From NCBI GenBank assembly GCA_965222075.1, contig OZ244937.1:5120001-5184000 (forward strand): a DNA stretch of 64,000 bases, written 5' to 3'. The notes under the pieces were generated by a model that worked only from the letters and a program-made list of their open reading frames with translations, was not told where the DNA came from and did not search any database. Below, piece by piece: positions 47,507-58,226 of the stretch. Source of the DNA: Candidatus Latescibacterota bacterium (GTDB taxonomy: Bacteria; Latescibacterota; UBA2968; GCA-2709665). Position 1 is the first letter of the stretch. The number at the start of each line of letters is the position of its first letter. The translations under genes were made by a program, and so were the position numbers.

Positions 47507-48667
47507 ATGAAAATAACGGACGTGAAGGTGCTGCCTATTGATCGATATCTGTTTGTCCAGGTTTACACGGACGAGGGAATTGTGGGGCTGGGTGAATCGG
47601 GTGCGTGGGGATACCTGGAGGCCTCCGAGAAGGTGGTGGAGAGTTTTAAGGGATATCTGATCGGGCAGGATCCACTGCGGATCGAACACCACTGGCAGTA
47701 CCTGTATCGGTGCACCCACTTTCGGGGGGCGGCGATTATGGGGGCGTTGAGTGCAGTGGATATTGCGCTCTGGGATATTGCGGGGAAGTTTTTCGGGGTG
47801 CCGGTCTACCAGCTTCTGGGGGGGAAGTGTCGGGACAAGGCACGGGTGTACGGGCATGTGATCGGGCGCACCAAAGAGGAGCTTGTAAAAGGCTGCGTGC
47901 AGGCCAAGGCAGAGGGATATACGGCGGTGGGGCACCTGACGCCGTTTCTGGACGAGTTACGCAGTGTGCCTTATTATAAGACCCACGCGGACAAGATTCA
48001 CGACGCGATCCGGACAGTTGCGGCCTACCGGGAGGCGGTGGGCGACGAGGTGGATCTGTGCATTGAGATCCATCGGCGGCTGGATCCGGCCGAGGCGATT
48101 GTGCTGGGCCGGGGGATTGAGCCTTATCGCCCGTTTTTCTACGAGGACCCGATCCGCCCGGACAATTTTGATGCCATGGCGGAGGTGGCGCAGAAGATTC
48201 ACATTCCGATTGCGACGGGGGAACGACTCCACACAATCTACGAGTTTGAGATGCTTTTGACTCGCAATGCGGTTCAGTACGTGCGGCCGGATGTGTGTAT
48301 GGCGGGGGGCATCACCCATTGCAAAAAGATCGCAGCCCTGGCCGAGGCACACTATGTGGATGTGGTTCCGCACAATCCGCTCAGCCCGGTGAGTACGGCG
48401 GCCTGCGTTCAACTGGCGGCCTGCATTCCCAATTTTGCACTACAGGAGTACCCAAGGGGCGAAGGGCAACCGCCGAAGAGTGAGATCGTATCCGGGACGC
48501 TCACTTTGGAGGACGGTTTTTTGATTATTCCCGATGCGCCGGGCATCGGAGTGGAACTCAGGGAAGGGGCGATGGAGAATTACCCCTTCCTCTCGCACAG
48601 GCCGCTGCTTGATGAGGGAATGATGCTCACGCGGCTGCACGTAGACGGGTCGGTGGTGGACCAGTAG
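47507..48667 (+). CDS. Mandelate racemase/enolase superfamily, galactonate dehydratase-like
   Basis: SAVDIALWDIAGK, EIH, FYEDP, ATGER, PHN, PGIGVE. Confidence 0.88.
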   Translation: MKITDVKVLPIDRYLFVQVYTDEGIVGLGESGAWGYLEASEKVVESFKGYLIGQDPLRIEHHWQYLYRCTHFRGAAIMGALSAVDIALWDIAGKFFGVPVYQLLGGKCRDKARVYGHVIGRTKEELVKGCVQAKAEGYTAVGHLTPFLDELRSVPYYKTHADKIHDAIRTVAAYREAVGDEVDLCIEIHRRLDPAEAIVLGRGIEPYRPFFYEDPIRPDNFDAMAEVAQKIHIPIATGERLHTIYEFEMLLTRNAVQYVRPDVCMAGGITHCKKIAALAEAHYVDVVPHNPLSPVSTAACVQLAACIPNFALQEYPRGEGQPPKSEIVSGTLTLEDGFLIIPDAPGIGVELREGAMENYPFLSHRPLLDEGMMLTRLHVDGSVVDQ

Positions 48668-48739
48668 TGGTGGAGTCAGAATCGCTTATCTTCGCAGATG
48701 TAGAATCCCATGTTTACCTAAACCCAGGAGGACCCACGG

Positions 48740-49534
48740 ATGTCTCAGCAGATCACCGATGATCAGTGGACTCAGTTTGAAGAGGAAGGCTATCTTCGCC
48801 TCGGAAAGGTGATGGACGACGACGAACTGGCGGGGTTGCAGCAGCGCATCAACGACATTATGCTGGGCAAGGTCAAGGTCTACGACCAGATGTACATGCA
48901 GCTGGACAGCAACACCGGGGACTACTCGGAGAAGCGGACCACCACAAGAGGGCACCGGGTTTCGACGCTGAACTACCGAAAAATCCAGGACCTGGAGTTC
49001 GATCCCCTGTTCCTGTCGTACATGCAGAAACCCCTTTTTTGGGAGATCTGTGCGAGGGCCTACGGCCCCGATACTCCGATTTCCTGTTATCGGGCCATGT
49101 TTATGAACAAGCCTGCCGGGAAGGGCACACACCTCCCCTGGCACCAGGATCGGTTTAACATTCTCGATACCAATCCGATTGCGACCGTGTGGATGGCGCT
49201 GGATCGGGTGACCGTTGAGAATGGGTGTGTCGGGGTGGTGCCCGGGTCTCATCGCAGCACGTTCGAGCAGGACGATTCGGCCGCATTGGCTTTTCTTACC
49301 GAAGGGCAGGCCACTGTCGTTTTGGCTGAAACAGAGCCCGAATACCTCGAGTTGGAGGCGGGCGAAGCGGCCCTGCTGCACAACTTGCTGCTCCACGGAT
49401 CCGGCGTGAATAAGACCGACACCTCACGTCGCGGGTTCAGCGTTTGCTACATGGATGCCGCGACCCGATCCGAAAGTGGGACGACCTTCTCCATCATCTT
49501 CGGAGAAGGCGCGCTGAGTCCGGAGAGCTTGTAA
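48740..49534 (+). CDS. Phytanoyl-CoA dioxygenase (PhyH) family
   Basis: WHQD, ENGC..VPGSH, LLHGSGVN, RR. Confidence 0.9.
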   Translation: MSQQITDDQWTQFEEEGYLRLGKVMDDDELAGLQQRINDIMLGKVKVYDQMYMQLDSNTGDYSEKRTTTRGHRVSTLNYRKIQDLEFDPLFLSYMQKPLFWEICARAYGPDTPISCYRAMFMNKPAGKGTHLPWHQDRFNILDTNPIATVWMALDRVTVENGCVGVVPGSHRSTFEQDDSAALAFLTEGQATVVLAETEPEYLELEAGEAALLHNLLLHGSGVNKTDTSRRGFSVCYMDAATRSESGTTFSIIFGEGALSPESL

Positions 49535-49573
49535 ATCGCCCCGCCGACACCTGTTTAGCCAAGGAGTTCGGAA

Positions 49574-51586
49574 GTGGAAGGCTCTGCGGTGAGAGACCAG
49601 AAAGGTGATGGCCTGGCGCCGAATGAGGAGGCTGCCGGGCGGGACGGTTTAACGCCCCGTGCGTTTGGGGTCGGGCTTGTCCTGTGCGGTCTCATGTGTC
49701 TGGGGCTTACCTACAACCGGATGATCCTCCAGGGCTCCTTTATGGGGAGCGGGTATTACATGGACCGGGGGGCGCTGTTTGTGTTATTCCTCCTGGTCCT
49801 GGCCGTTAATCCGGTGCTGGGCTTCTTTAAGAACAGGTTTGTGCTGAAGCGTGGCGAATTGCTGGCAATCTACACCATGTTTCTTATTCTCCTGCCCGCC
49901 TGGGTGATGACCAAGCCGGTGATTCTCTATACGACCGGTGCGATCTACCACGCTACGCCAGAGTTGCGTCATATCGAGGCGGTGCCCCCCCACCTGCTCC
50001 CCTGGCTGGCCCCCCAGGGGTGGCAAACGGTTAAGGATCTCTACGAAGGGCTGCCGAAGGGTGGGTCGATTCCGTGGTTGGCGTGGGTTGTGCCTCTGTG
50101 GAGCTGGGGGTCTTTCCTGATCGTGCTGTTTGTTGTGCTGATCTGCCTGGGGGTGCTGATGCGGAAACAATGGGAAGAACACGAGCGGTTTGTGTTCCCC
50201 CTGATGCAGGTGCCGCTGGCGATGGTGGAGGCAGAAAAGGGAAGGCCCGGTCCGCTGTTCAGGAACTGGTTGATGGTTGCGGGGTTTGGGATACCGTTTC
50301 TGGTCGGTTTGCTGAGGGGGCTGCGGTATTATTATCCCTATATGCCTGTTATAGGCCTGGGGAGCTACGTCCGGATCTTCCGGCGGACGATGGTTTTGCC
50401 TTTCAAAGTCCATTTCCTCGTGCTTGGATATTCCTTTTTTGTCAATTTGGACGTGAGTTTCAGTCTGTGGGTGATCAACCTGATTACCAAGGTTATCCGG
50501 GGGGCGCTGGCGATGTTCGGCGCCGGGCAGAGCTGGGGGGTGTCCGGGGTGGTGGGACGTCACAGTTCTCAAGGGTCGGAGTTCCTGGCGATGATGGGGA
50601 TGGGGTATATCCTGTCTCTGGCCGCGTACAGTCTGTATGTGGCCAGGGGGCACCTGCGGCAGGTGTGGGAAAAGACAAGGGGGAGGCCGTCGCAGCTGGA
50701 CGATTCGGAAGAGATCATTCCGTACCGGACGGCAGTGCTGGGCGTTGTTCTGGGTGCAGGCTACCTGGGGTTGTGGCTCTATCAGTCGGGGATTTCACCT
50801 CCGCTGGTCCTGTTTCTGCTTTTTTCCAGTTTTGTGGTGTTTTTCGTGATGGCCCGGATTGTGAGTGAGACGGGTTTTGTTGCGACGTATTCGCCGATCA
50901 ATCCGTCAGAGTTCGTCGTGTGCGCGGTGGGATCCTCGGCGTTCAGTCCGGCAGGTCTGGTGACGCTGGGGATCAGCTACGTGTGGACGATGACGCGGCT
51001 GAATACGCTGATGCCACACGCTCTGGGGGCGCTGCGGCTGGCGCGGGAGATCGGACGGAAGCAGGGGCTGGCCTGGGCGATGGGGGCGGCGCTGGTGTTG
51101 GGGTTGGCCGCTACGGGGTATATGACGTTGAATCTGGGGTATACGCACGGGGGCGTGAACATCGACTATCCGTGGTTCAGCAATGTCAACGATGCGGCCT
51201 CTCCATTCGACGAGTATATCGGACGTCGGCTGTTGGAGCCAAGCCCGATCTTCACGATGGGGTTCCTCTATACGGCTCTGGGCTCCGCCGTTGCAGCCAT
51301 CTTTATCCTGCTTCGGGTACGGCTGCCCTGGTGGCCGCTTCATCCGGTTGCGCTTCCGCTGAGTACGATCTGGTATATGGACTGGTTCGGGTTCAGTGTG
51401 TTCCTGGCGTGGGGGATTAAGGCGATCATCTTGCAGGTTGGTGGGGCGGACCTCTACAGGAGGGCGCGCCCGTTTTTTATCGGGATGATTCTGGGGGAAG
51501 TGATGTGCTCGGGAGGGTGGTCCGTGGTAAGCGCTTTTACAGGGAGGCTCAGGATCTGGCCGTTTATGGGCTACTGGGGCTCGTGA
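49574..51586 (+). CDS. DUF6785/DUF6784-type polytopic membrane protein (putative transporter), paralogue 1
   Basis: GLTPRA, RKQWEEHERF.FP, ARIVSETG, WWPLHPV, RPFFIG; many hydrophobic segments. Confidence 0.75.
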   Translation: MEGSAVRDQKGDGLAPNEEAAGRDGLTPRAFGVGLVLCGLMCLGLTYNRMILQGSFMGSGYYMDRGALFVLFLLVLAVNPVLGFFKNRFVLKRGELLAIYTMFLILLPAWVMTKPVILYTTGAIYHATPELRHIEAVPPHLLPWLAPQGWQTVKDLYEGLPKGGSIPWLAWVVPLWSWGSFLIVLFVVLICLGVLMRKQWEEHERFVFPLMQVPLAMVEAEKGRPGPLFRNWLMVAGFGIPFLVGLLRGLRYYYPYMPVIGLGSYVRIFRRTMVLPFKVHFLVLGYSFFVNLDVSFSLWVINLITKVIRGALAMFGAGQSWGVSGVVGRHSSQGSEFLAMMGMGYILSLAAYSLYVARGHLRQVWEKTRGRPSQLDDSEEIIPYRTAVLGVVLGAGYLGLWLYQSGISPPLVLFLLFSSFVVFFVMARIVSETGFVATYSPINPSEFVVCAVGSSAFSPAGLVTLGISYVWTMTRLNTLMPHALGALRLAREIGRKQGLAWAMGAALVLGLAATGYMTLNLGYTHGGVNIDYPWFSNVNDAASPFDEYIGRRLLEPSPIFTMGFLYTALGSAVAAIFILLRVRLPWWPLHPVALPLSTIWYMDWFGFSVFLAWGIKAIILQVGGADLYRRARPFFIGMILGEVMCSGGWSVVSAFTGRLRIWPFMGYWGS

Positions 51587-51660
51587 GCGTTGTTAGAGCG
51601 ACGCAGCCGTTGAACACGATGGGTGGATCTCTGGTTTTGCACGCTTAAGGGAGGATCATT

Positions 51661-52659
51661 ATGGAAATTCGACGTTCGATTTCGACGCCCCTTCACCGTC
51701 TCGAATGGCAGCGGCGGGACCAGCCCATCCTGTCGGCGATGACCACGAATCAGGACTGGTGCCGGGTGCAGCTTTATAATCCAACGGTGATCCGGGTAGG
51801 CGATCGATACAGAATGTGGTATCTGGGCAACAGCACCGCCACACGGACAGGTGATATGAACCTGGGCGTTGCGGAGTCCGCGGACGGATTGCGCTGGACC
51901 GAATATCCGGGGAATCCGATACTCACTGAGAGCGACCTGCCGTTCGGCAGCGCCTGGCAGACGCCCCACGTGCTTTTCGATGTGGATGAAAACCTCTACA
52001 AGATGTGGTTTATTATGCTTGCCGGGCGCCGGAGTGCAGAGGGCAGTCTGGTGGATATCGATCAGAAACTGGGCTACGCGACCAGTTTGGATGGTCTGAG
52101 CTGGGACGTTCACCCCGAGCCGATCTTCCGAGATGGACGGCGGCCGTTTGTCATGAAGGACGGACCGAACGCCTACCGGATGTGGATGTGCTCATCTCCG
52201 CATCCGGAGGGAGATTTCGGGGATCTGGTGAGTCACATCTATCGGTTTGTGTCGAGCGATGGCCTGAATTGGACGCGAGACCCGGAACCGATGCTGTCGG
52301 CCACAAAGACGCATCGCAGCGTGATCTATCCGTGCGTTTTGCAGGACGAGAGTGGTTATACGATGTGGTACGGCTGCCATGTGGAGGGCGCCTTCGAGAT
52401 CTTCTGCTCGACTTCGGTGGATGGATTGAGGTGGACGCACCACCTGGATAGGCCCGCCTTTCCCGCAACGCGCGATCCCAACGATTTCGACGGACGGTTC
52501 ACGTCGACACCGTGCGTGCTGGACGACGGAGACCGGTATCTGATGTATTACTGCACGCGGGACTGCGGCAATCTCTATCGGGCTGGAGATGGGACGATTA
52601 TGTTCGATCAGGCCGGCATCTATCGGCACATCGGCGTGGCGGTGTGCCCAAAGGAGTAA
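51661..52659 (+). CDS. Five-bladed beta-propeller GH-like protein
   Basis: YRMWY, AESADGLRW..PGNPIL; paralogue of 39601-40602. Confidence 0.75.
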   Translation: MEIRRSISTPLHRLEWQRRDQPILSAMTTNQDWCRVQLYNPTVIRVGDRYRMWYLGNSTATRTGDMNLGVAESADGLRWTEYPGNPILTESDLPFGSAWQTPHVLFDVDENLYKMWFIMLAGRRSAEGSLVDIDQKLGYATSLDGLSWDVHPEPIFRDGRRPFVMKDGPNAYRMWMCSSPHPEGDFGDLVSHIYRFVSSDGLNWTRDPEPMLSATKTHRSVIYPCVLQDESGYTMWYGCHVEGAFEIFCSTSVDGLRWTHHLDRPAFPATRDPNDFDGRFTSTPCVLDDGDRYLMYYCTRDCGNLYRAGDGTIMFDQAGIYRHIGVAVCPKE

Positions 52660-52683
52660 AACCTTCTTACAGAGGAGAAACTC

Positions 52684-54090
52684 GTGCAACCCCCGGCCAT
52701 TATGGAGCGTGTTTGTCGTGCAATTGAGGTTTTAATAGAGGCCGGCGATCGGTACGGTGGACTTTTCCCTTCGATGCTGGACCTCAAGACACACGACATG
52801 CTGATGGAGATGCCCCCGGCCATCCCAGGCCAGCGCAACACAGACCGGGCGCCCCGGGGGGCGAACCTGATTCACGACGAAGCTGTACTGAAGACGATGG
52901 TTGCGCTGGACCGGCCGGGATTCCAGGACGCGGCCGACCGTTACCTGCGCCGGTTCGCCACGCACTGTACCGATACGGTGAGCGGCCTCTTCCCCTGGGG
53001 AGAGCACGCGTTCTGGGATCTGGTGGAGGACCGACCCGGAAACAGCTATACGGTCAACAATCCCGATTCATCGCAAGGGCTGACCCACGATCACCTCCGG
53101 GCGGCTCCGCTCTGGCTGTGGGAGAAGCTCCACAGGTTCAACCCGCGCTGCGTGGAACGGTTCGGCGAGGGGCTGGACAACCACTGGTCTTGCCGGGATC
53201 CGCTGGAATACATTCGGCACGGGTATATCGACCGCATTGAGCCGTGGCCGAGTGGAGGTTCGTCCTGCGATTTTCCGCGACACAGCGGGTTTTTCATATT
53301 CGATTGGGCCTTCGGGTTCGCCAAAAGCGGGCGAAGCGAATTCCTGGATCAGATCCAGAAGATGCTGGACTACTGGTGGGAGAAGCGGCGGGACGACGGC
53401 CTTCTCTGGTCGGAGAGCCGTACAACTCCCGGCGTCCACCTGGACGGGGTGGTCGCCGTGGGACAGACGCTTTTTCTGGCGGCGAGCCTCCTGGAGGCTG
53501 CGACTCTGCTGGAGGGTTGCCGGCCGGAGTTGGCGGCTGAGATGCGATACCGGGCCTCGGTGTATATCAGGGGATTTCTCAATGCACCGCACGATCCGGA
53601 CCGGGGGATATTCCTGTACGGGTTCAAGCTGGGGACGAACCCGAACGAGTGGGCCTCCGTTATCTGGGGAAGCGTGTACGGGAGTTGTCCCGTGAGCTAT
53701 GCGGCGCTTACCTGCCTGTGTGTTTACCGGATCACGTCGGAAGCGCGGCTGCTCGACTGGGCGGCTGCGGCGGGGACACGTTATGTGGACGAGCCGTTTC
53801 CCGGTGACGCAGCGGTCCCTGCGATGGACGCAGGGATGGGTCTGGGGCTTCTGGCCGATCTTTACGACATCACGGGAGAAGATCGATGGCTCGACGTCGG
53901 GCTGCGCCGGGCGGAAGAGCTGGTCTCGATCTACTTCGGCGACTGTGACCTGCCGCGCGGGGCGGCCGGAATTTCGTGGTACGAATCGCAAATGGGCCCC
54001 TCGTTCCTGCTGCATGGCCTGGCTCGACTTGCCCTGCTTGCCGATAGGCCGGAAAGTTGCCCGCTGGGTGCGGACTACACGGGTCGATGA
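52684..54090 (+). CDS. Hypothetical protein (alpha/alpha toroid, possible lyase or hydrolase)
   Basis: DRYG.LF, GLFPWGEH, DFPRH, YDITGEDRWL. Confidence 0.55.
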   Translation: MQPPAIMERVCRAIEVLIEAGDRYGGLFPSMLDLKTHDMLMEMPPAIPGQRNTDRAPRGANLIHDEAVLKTMVALDRPGFQDAADRYLRRFATHCTDTVSGLFPWGEHAFWDLVEDRPGNSYTVNNPDSSQGLTHDHLRAAPLWLWEKLHRFNPRCVERFGEGLDNHWSCRDPLEYIRHGYIDRIEPWPSGGSSCDFPRHSGFFIFDWAFGFAKSGRSEFLDQIQKMLDYWWEKRRDDGLLWSESRTTPGVHLDGVVAVGQTLFLAASLLEAATLLEGCRPELAAEMRYRASVYIRGFLNAPHDPDRGIFLYGFKLGTNPNEWASVIWGSVYGSCPVSYAALTCLCVYRITSEARLLDWAAAAGTRYVDEPFPGDAAVPAMDAGMGLGLLADLYDITGEDRWLDVGLRRAEELVSIYFGDCDLPRGAAGISWYESQMGPSFLLHGLARLALLADRPESCPLGADYTGR

Positions 54091-54123
54091 ATTCACGTTC
54101 AGGGTTTACCTGAGAGGAGGAAT

Positions 54124-56148
54124 GTGATGCCAGACCAGGACCGAACGCTCCGCCGGTCGGCACTGCTGCTTTTTCCGGATGCCGTGCTGAACGAGGCGAC
54201 GCTCGACCAGATTGTCCGGGAGGGATTCACGGATGTGGGTGTCGGCGTGGCGGTCACGCCCGGGCTAAAATACCAGGGCTTTTCGTTGGAGCAGTCGGAG
54301 AGGCTTGCCCGGATGTGCGAGGAACGGGGCCTGGGGCTGATTGCCTTTACCGGGTATATGAAATATAACGAACACCTCGTGGCGGAGGAACCCCATCGGC
54401 TGATGCATCTGGTCGGCGGGGGCGAGGTACTGGACCTGGACGGGCTGCGGGTGCGGTGGATGTGTCCTTTTCGCCCCGAGAATAAGGCCTACTACCTGTC
54501 TCTGCTGATGGAGATCTGCAATTGGCCGTCGGTACGGGAGATCCACCTCAACGATGAGGCGTGTCTGGGGTTCGGAGACGGGACGATCGGGTGCTACTGC
54601 GAGTTCTGCCAGTCGGAATTCCGGAAGCGCACGGGCGTCAACCCGCCCAGGACTGCGGATTGGGATGACTCGCTGTGGTATGCGTGGCTGGAAGCCCGGT
54701 TTGACAATTGGGAGGCGGTGCACGCAGAATTTCGAAGGGCCATCAAGGATGTCCGGCCGGACGTGGCTGTGGGGATCCAACACAGTCCCGCCATGCCTGA
54801 GCGGAACTACAATGCCTGGCAGACGGGGATCTGCCTGGCCCGCGATGCCCGTACGCAGGATGTTGTTGCCACAGACCCCTATCACTTCAATCACGACAAG
54901 CTGATCCTGCACCGACCCCACCGCAGGATCCTTTCGGAGACCACGAGAAGCCTGATGGGTGTGTGTATGGACCGGCAGGTGGATATTTATCCGCAGGGCT
55001 TCATGCCTCCGTCCCAGGCGGTGCCAATGGGCAGGCAGGACGGGTTGCTGGCGGGCGTGGTGCCGTTTGCACTGGGAGCAGACCTGGTGATGCCGTTTAC
55101 CTATGAACAGATGAAGATCATCCCGGGATTTTTCGAGGCATTCGATGAGACCCGGCGACTGGAGCCGATGTTCGCGTCACACCGGCCTTACGGTTTTGCC
55201 ACGATGATCATGCCCCAGCAGTCCGAGATCACCGGCCACTACGATTCGAACTGGGGGCATTCTGATTTGATCAATATGGTGGATATGGTCTACCGGACGG
55301 GCCTGCCGTGGCGGTGGTTCTGGGATCAGCGCCTGGACGACGCGGGCGACCGGTTGAGGGGTCCGGTGATCCTGCCCGAGGTGCACTGCCTCACGCAGTG
55401 CCAGGTCGATTGTATCAACGCGGTTGCCAAACGCGGAGAGGGTCTGCTGTGGATCGGCAACCGGCCGGCCGGTCCTTGGGCCGGGAGCGGCCCATGCAAG
55501 CTGCCGTGTACGATCGACTCGGGCGCCTTTGAACTCGACCTTCAGGGCGATCATCCGCTGACAGAGGGTCTGGACCACCCCGTGATCCTCAGCACCCGCG
55601 TGGATGGTCCGGGTCCGGACGGGGAGGTGCTGGGGACGGTGGAGGGCAGGCCGGCGCTGGTGCTGATGGAGGAGGGGAGGCGCCGAGAGGCGTGGCTGGC
55701 CGGCATGCCGGCTGTGAATTACACCGGAACGGTTCCGGGTAAGTCCTCGCTTGAGGAGACTTCCAATGTGGAACTGCTGCGGAGGCTGATTTTCTGGACG
55801 TCGGGCCGCAGGCCGCTGGCGCGGCTGGATCCGTTCCCGCCGGTGGACGATTACCGTACGCTGCGACCGGCCGACCGCCGGGCCGTGCCCACGATTGAGT
55901 TGCTGCCGATGGTCAAGGACGACGATTCTCTGCTGGCAATCGTGTTTCCGTATACGCCGGTGAGATGCCAGACGTCGCTGGTGGTGACCCTGTCGGAAGG
56001 TAAGACGCTCCGGAGCATCCAGGAGATCTGGTCGGGGGAGGACTGGAGCGACCGGGTGTCGTCTGTTGAAAATGGCACGGTACGCATCCCACTTGATATT
56101 CCAGGCGATTGTGACTTCCTGGCGATTCACGTGCAGATGGAAGGCTGA
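54124..56148 (+). CDS. GH42-like protein, paralogue of 42581-44671
   Basis: FTGYMKY, WMCP, LNDEA, CYCEFCQ, DPYH. Confidence 0.68.
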   Translation: MMPDQDRTLRRSALLLFPDAVLNEATLDQIVREGFTDVGVGVAVTPGLKYQGFSLEQSERLARMCEERGLGLIAFTGYMKYNEHLVAEEPHRLMHLVGGGEVLDLDGLRVRWMCPFRPENKAYYLSLLMEICNWPSVREIHLNDEACLGFGDGTIGCYCEFCQSEFRKRTGVNPPRTADWDDSLWYAWLEARFDNWEAVHAEFRRAIKDVRPDVAVGIQHSPAMPERNYNAWQTGICLARDARTQDVVATDPYHFNHDKLILHRPHRRILSETTRSLMGVCMDRQVDIYPQGFMPPSQAVPMGRQDGLLAGVVPFALGADLVMPFTYEQMKIIPGFFEAFDETRRLEPMFASHRPYGFATMIMPQQSEITGHYDSNWGHSDLINMVDMVYRTGLPWRWFWDQRLDDAGDRLRGPVILPEVHCLTQCQVDCINAVAKRGEGLLWIGNRPAGPWAGSGPCKLPCTIDSGAFELDLQGDHPLTEGLDHPVILSTRVDGPGPDGEVLGTVEGRPALVLMEEGRRREAWLAGMPAVNYTGTVPGKSSLEETSNVELLRRLIFWTSGRRPLARLDPFPPVDDYRTLRPADRRAVPTIELLPMVKDDDSLLAIVFPYTPVRCQTSLVVTLSEGKTLRSIQEIWSGEDWSDRVSSVENGTVRIPLDIPGDCDFLAIHVQMEG

Positions 56149-56183
56149 GCGTTTCCGGCAGAAAGGGTGGAGGTGCCGAGCAG

Positions 56184-58169
56184 ATGGCGCAGAGAACTGG
56201 CCAGGTAACTCAGGAGCGCACGATACCGAAGGCGGAGGCGCACGAGGGGGACGGCCTGACACCCCGGGCGTTCCTGATCGGGCTTGCGCTGTGCGCCACC
56301 TTAGGCGTCTGGCTGACGTACAACCGGATGGTGGTCCAGGGGCCCTTTATGGGATGGTATTTCCTGGACCGGGGCGTGATGTTTGTCTTTTTCTGCCTGG
56401 TGCTGATGGTCAATCCTCTGCTGGCTTCCCTGAAGCGTCGCTACGCGTTGGGCAGGGGCGAGTTGCTGGCCATCTATGCGATGTTCCTGTTTTTGATGCC
56501 GGCATGGGGGATGGCCAAGGCGCTGCTGGGGTTTATGACCGGTGTGACCTACTACGCCTCACCGGAGATGCGCCATCTTGAGGCGGTGCTGCCCTATTCC
56601 CTGCCCTGGCTGGCGGTGCTGGATGGTGAGCCGGTGAGAGGGCTTTATGAGGGATTGCCGAAGGGCGCCTCCGTGCCCTGGTGGGCGTGGGTGGTTCCGC
56701 TGTGGAGCTGGGGGGCGTTTTTGGTGGCGCTGTTCATGGTGCTGATCTGCATGGCGGTGATTCTGCGGAAGCAGTGGGAGGAGCACGAGCGGTTTGCGTT
56801 TCCGATTATGCAGGTGCCTTTAGCGATGGGAGAGCGGGGTGAGGGGAGGGTGGGACCGCTGTTCAGGAGCCGGGTGATGTGGGGGGGATTTGCAATCCCG
56901 TTTACCATCGGTTCGATGAATGGGCTGCACAGCTATTTTTATTCGCTGCCTCAGATCAGATTGAGGACGGTGATCTGGATTTTCCGGCGGGCGATTCCTC
57001 TGTCGATCAGGCTTCACTTTGCCCTTGTCGGATACGCGTATTTCGTGAATTTAGATGTGAGTCTGAGCATCTGGCTGTTCAACGTGATCGCCAAATGTAT
57101 CAACGGGACACTGGCAATGCTGGGGATGGAGCGCTACGGCGTATCCGGGGTGGTGGGACGGCACAGTTCTCAGGGGTCGGAATTTCTGGCGTTTACGGGG
57201 ATGGGGTATATGCTGGCGCTGGCGGGCTACAGCCTGTGGATTGCGCGGGGACATTTGCGTAAGGTGTGGGCGAAGGCGCTGGGGCGGCCGTCGGAACTGG
57301 AGGATGGGGAGGAGGTGATTCCCTACCGGACGGCAGTGTTCGGTGTGGCGCTGGGGACGCTGTATCTGGGGCTCTGGCTGTATCAGGGAGGGATATCGCC
57401 GCTGGTGATCGTGCTGCTGTTCTTTTGCTGTTTTGTGGTGTTTCTGGTGCTGGCGCGGATTGTGAGCGAGACCGGGTATGCGGTGACGTATTCGCCGCTG
57501 AATCCGTTTGAGTTTGCCGTGTGTGCGGTGGGTTCTTCAGCGTTTGGTCCGACGGGTCTGGTGACGATGGGGCTCAGCTATGCGTGGACGATGACGCGGC
57601 TGAATACGATGATGCCCCGGGCTTCCGGGGCGCTGCGGCTGGCGCGAGAGATGGGACGGAAGCGGAGGCTGATCTGGGCGATGGGTGCTGCGCTGGCCGT
57701 TGGTTTGATCGTTGCGAGTTATACGACGTTAGAGTTGGGGTATGCGCACGGGGGGAGGAACCTGGATTACTGGTTCCGGGATGTGAACGATGCCTCCCTT
57801 CCATTTGACGAGTATGTCGGCCGCCGACTGTTGGAGCCAAGTCCGGTGTTCTACCAGGGATTTCTGTATACCGGGCTGGGGGTGGCCCTTGCAGCGCTTT
57901 TGATGGGGCTCCGGATGCGGCTGCCGTGGTGGCCGCTGCACCCGGTGGCGCTGCCGGTGAGTACGATCTGGATGACGGAGCACTACTACTTCAGCGTCTT
58001 TCTGGCGTGGGGGATCAAGGCGCTGGTGATGAAGTTCGGCGGGGCGAATTTTTACAAGAGGACAAGGCCGTTTTTCATCGGGATCATTTTAGGTGAGGCG
58101 GTCTGTTTGGGAATGTGGAGCCTGATTGACTTTTTCACAGGGAAGGTTGGGAATATGTTTCTTCTGTAG
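56184..58169 (+). CDS. DUF6785/DUF6784-type membrane protein, paralogue 2
   Basis: Aligns end to end with 49574-51586. Confidence 0.75.
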   Translation: MAQRTGQVTQERTIPKAEAHEGDGLTPRAFLIGLALCATLGVWLTYNRMVVQGPFMGWYFLDRGVMFVFFCLVLMVNPLLASLKRRYALGRGELLAIYAMFLFLMPAWGMAKALLGFMTGVTYYASPEMRHLEAVLPYSLPWLAVLDGEPVRGLYEGLPKGASVPWWAWVVPLWSWGAFLVALFMVLICMAVILRKQWEEHERFAFPIMQVPLAMGERGEGRVGPLFRSRVMWGGFAIPFTIGSMNGLHSYFYSLPQIRLRTVIWIFRRAIPLSIRLHFALVGYAYFVNLDVSLSIWLFNVIAKCINGTLAMLGMERYGVSGVVGRHSSQGSEFLAFTGMGYMLALAGYSLWIARGHLRKVWAKALGRPSELEDGEEVIPYRTAVFGVALGTLYLGLWLYQGGISPLVIVLLFFCCFVVFLVLARIVSETGYAVTYSPLNPFEFAVCAVGSSAFGPTGLVTMGLSYAWTMTRLNTMMPRASGALRLAREMGRKRRLIWAMGAALAVGLIVASYTTLELGYAHGGRNLDYWFRDVNDASLPFDEYVGRRLLEPSPVFYQGFLYTGLGVALAALLMGLRMRLPWWPLHPVALPVSTIWMTEHYYFSVFLAWGIKALVMKFGGANFYKRTRPFFIGIILGEAVCLGMWSLIDFFTGKVGNMFLL

Positions 58170-58226
58170 CGTTCAAGGGGTTGCCCGTTGATCAACCGAT
58201 CGCTTCTTCCAAAAGGAGTCCTAACC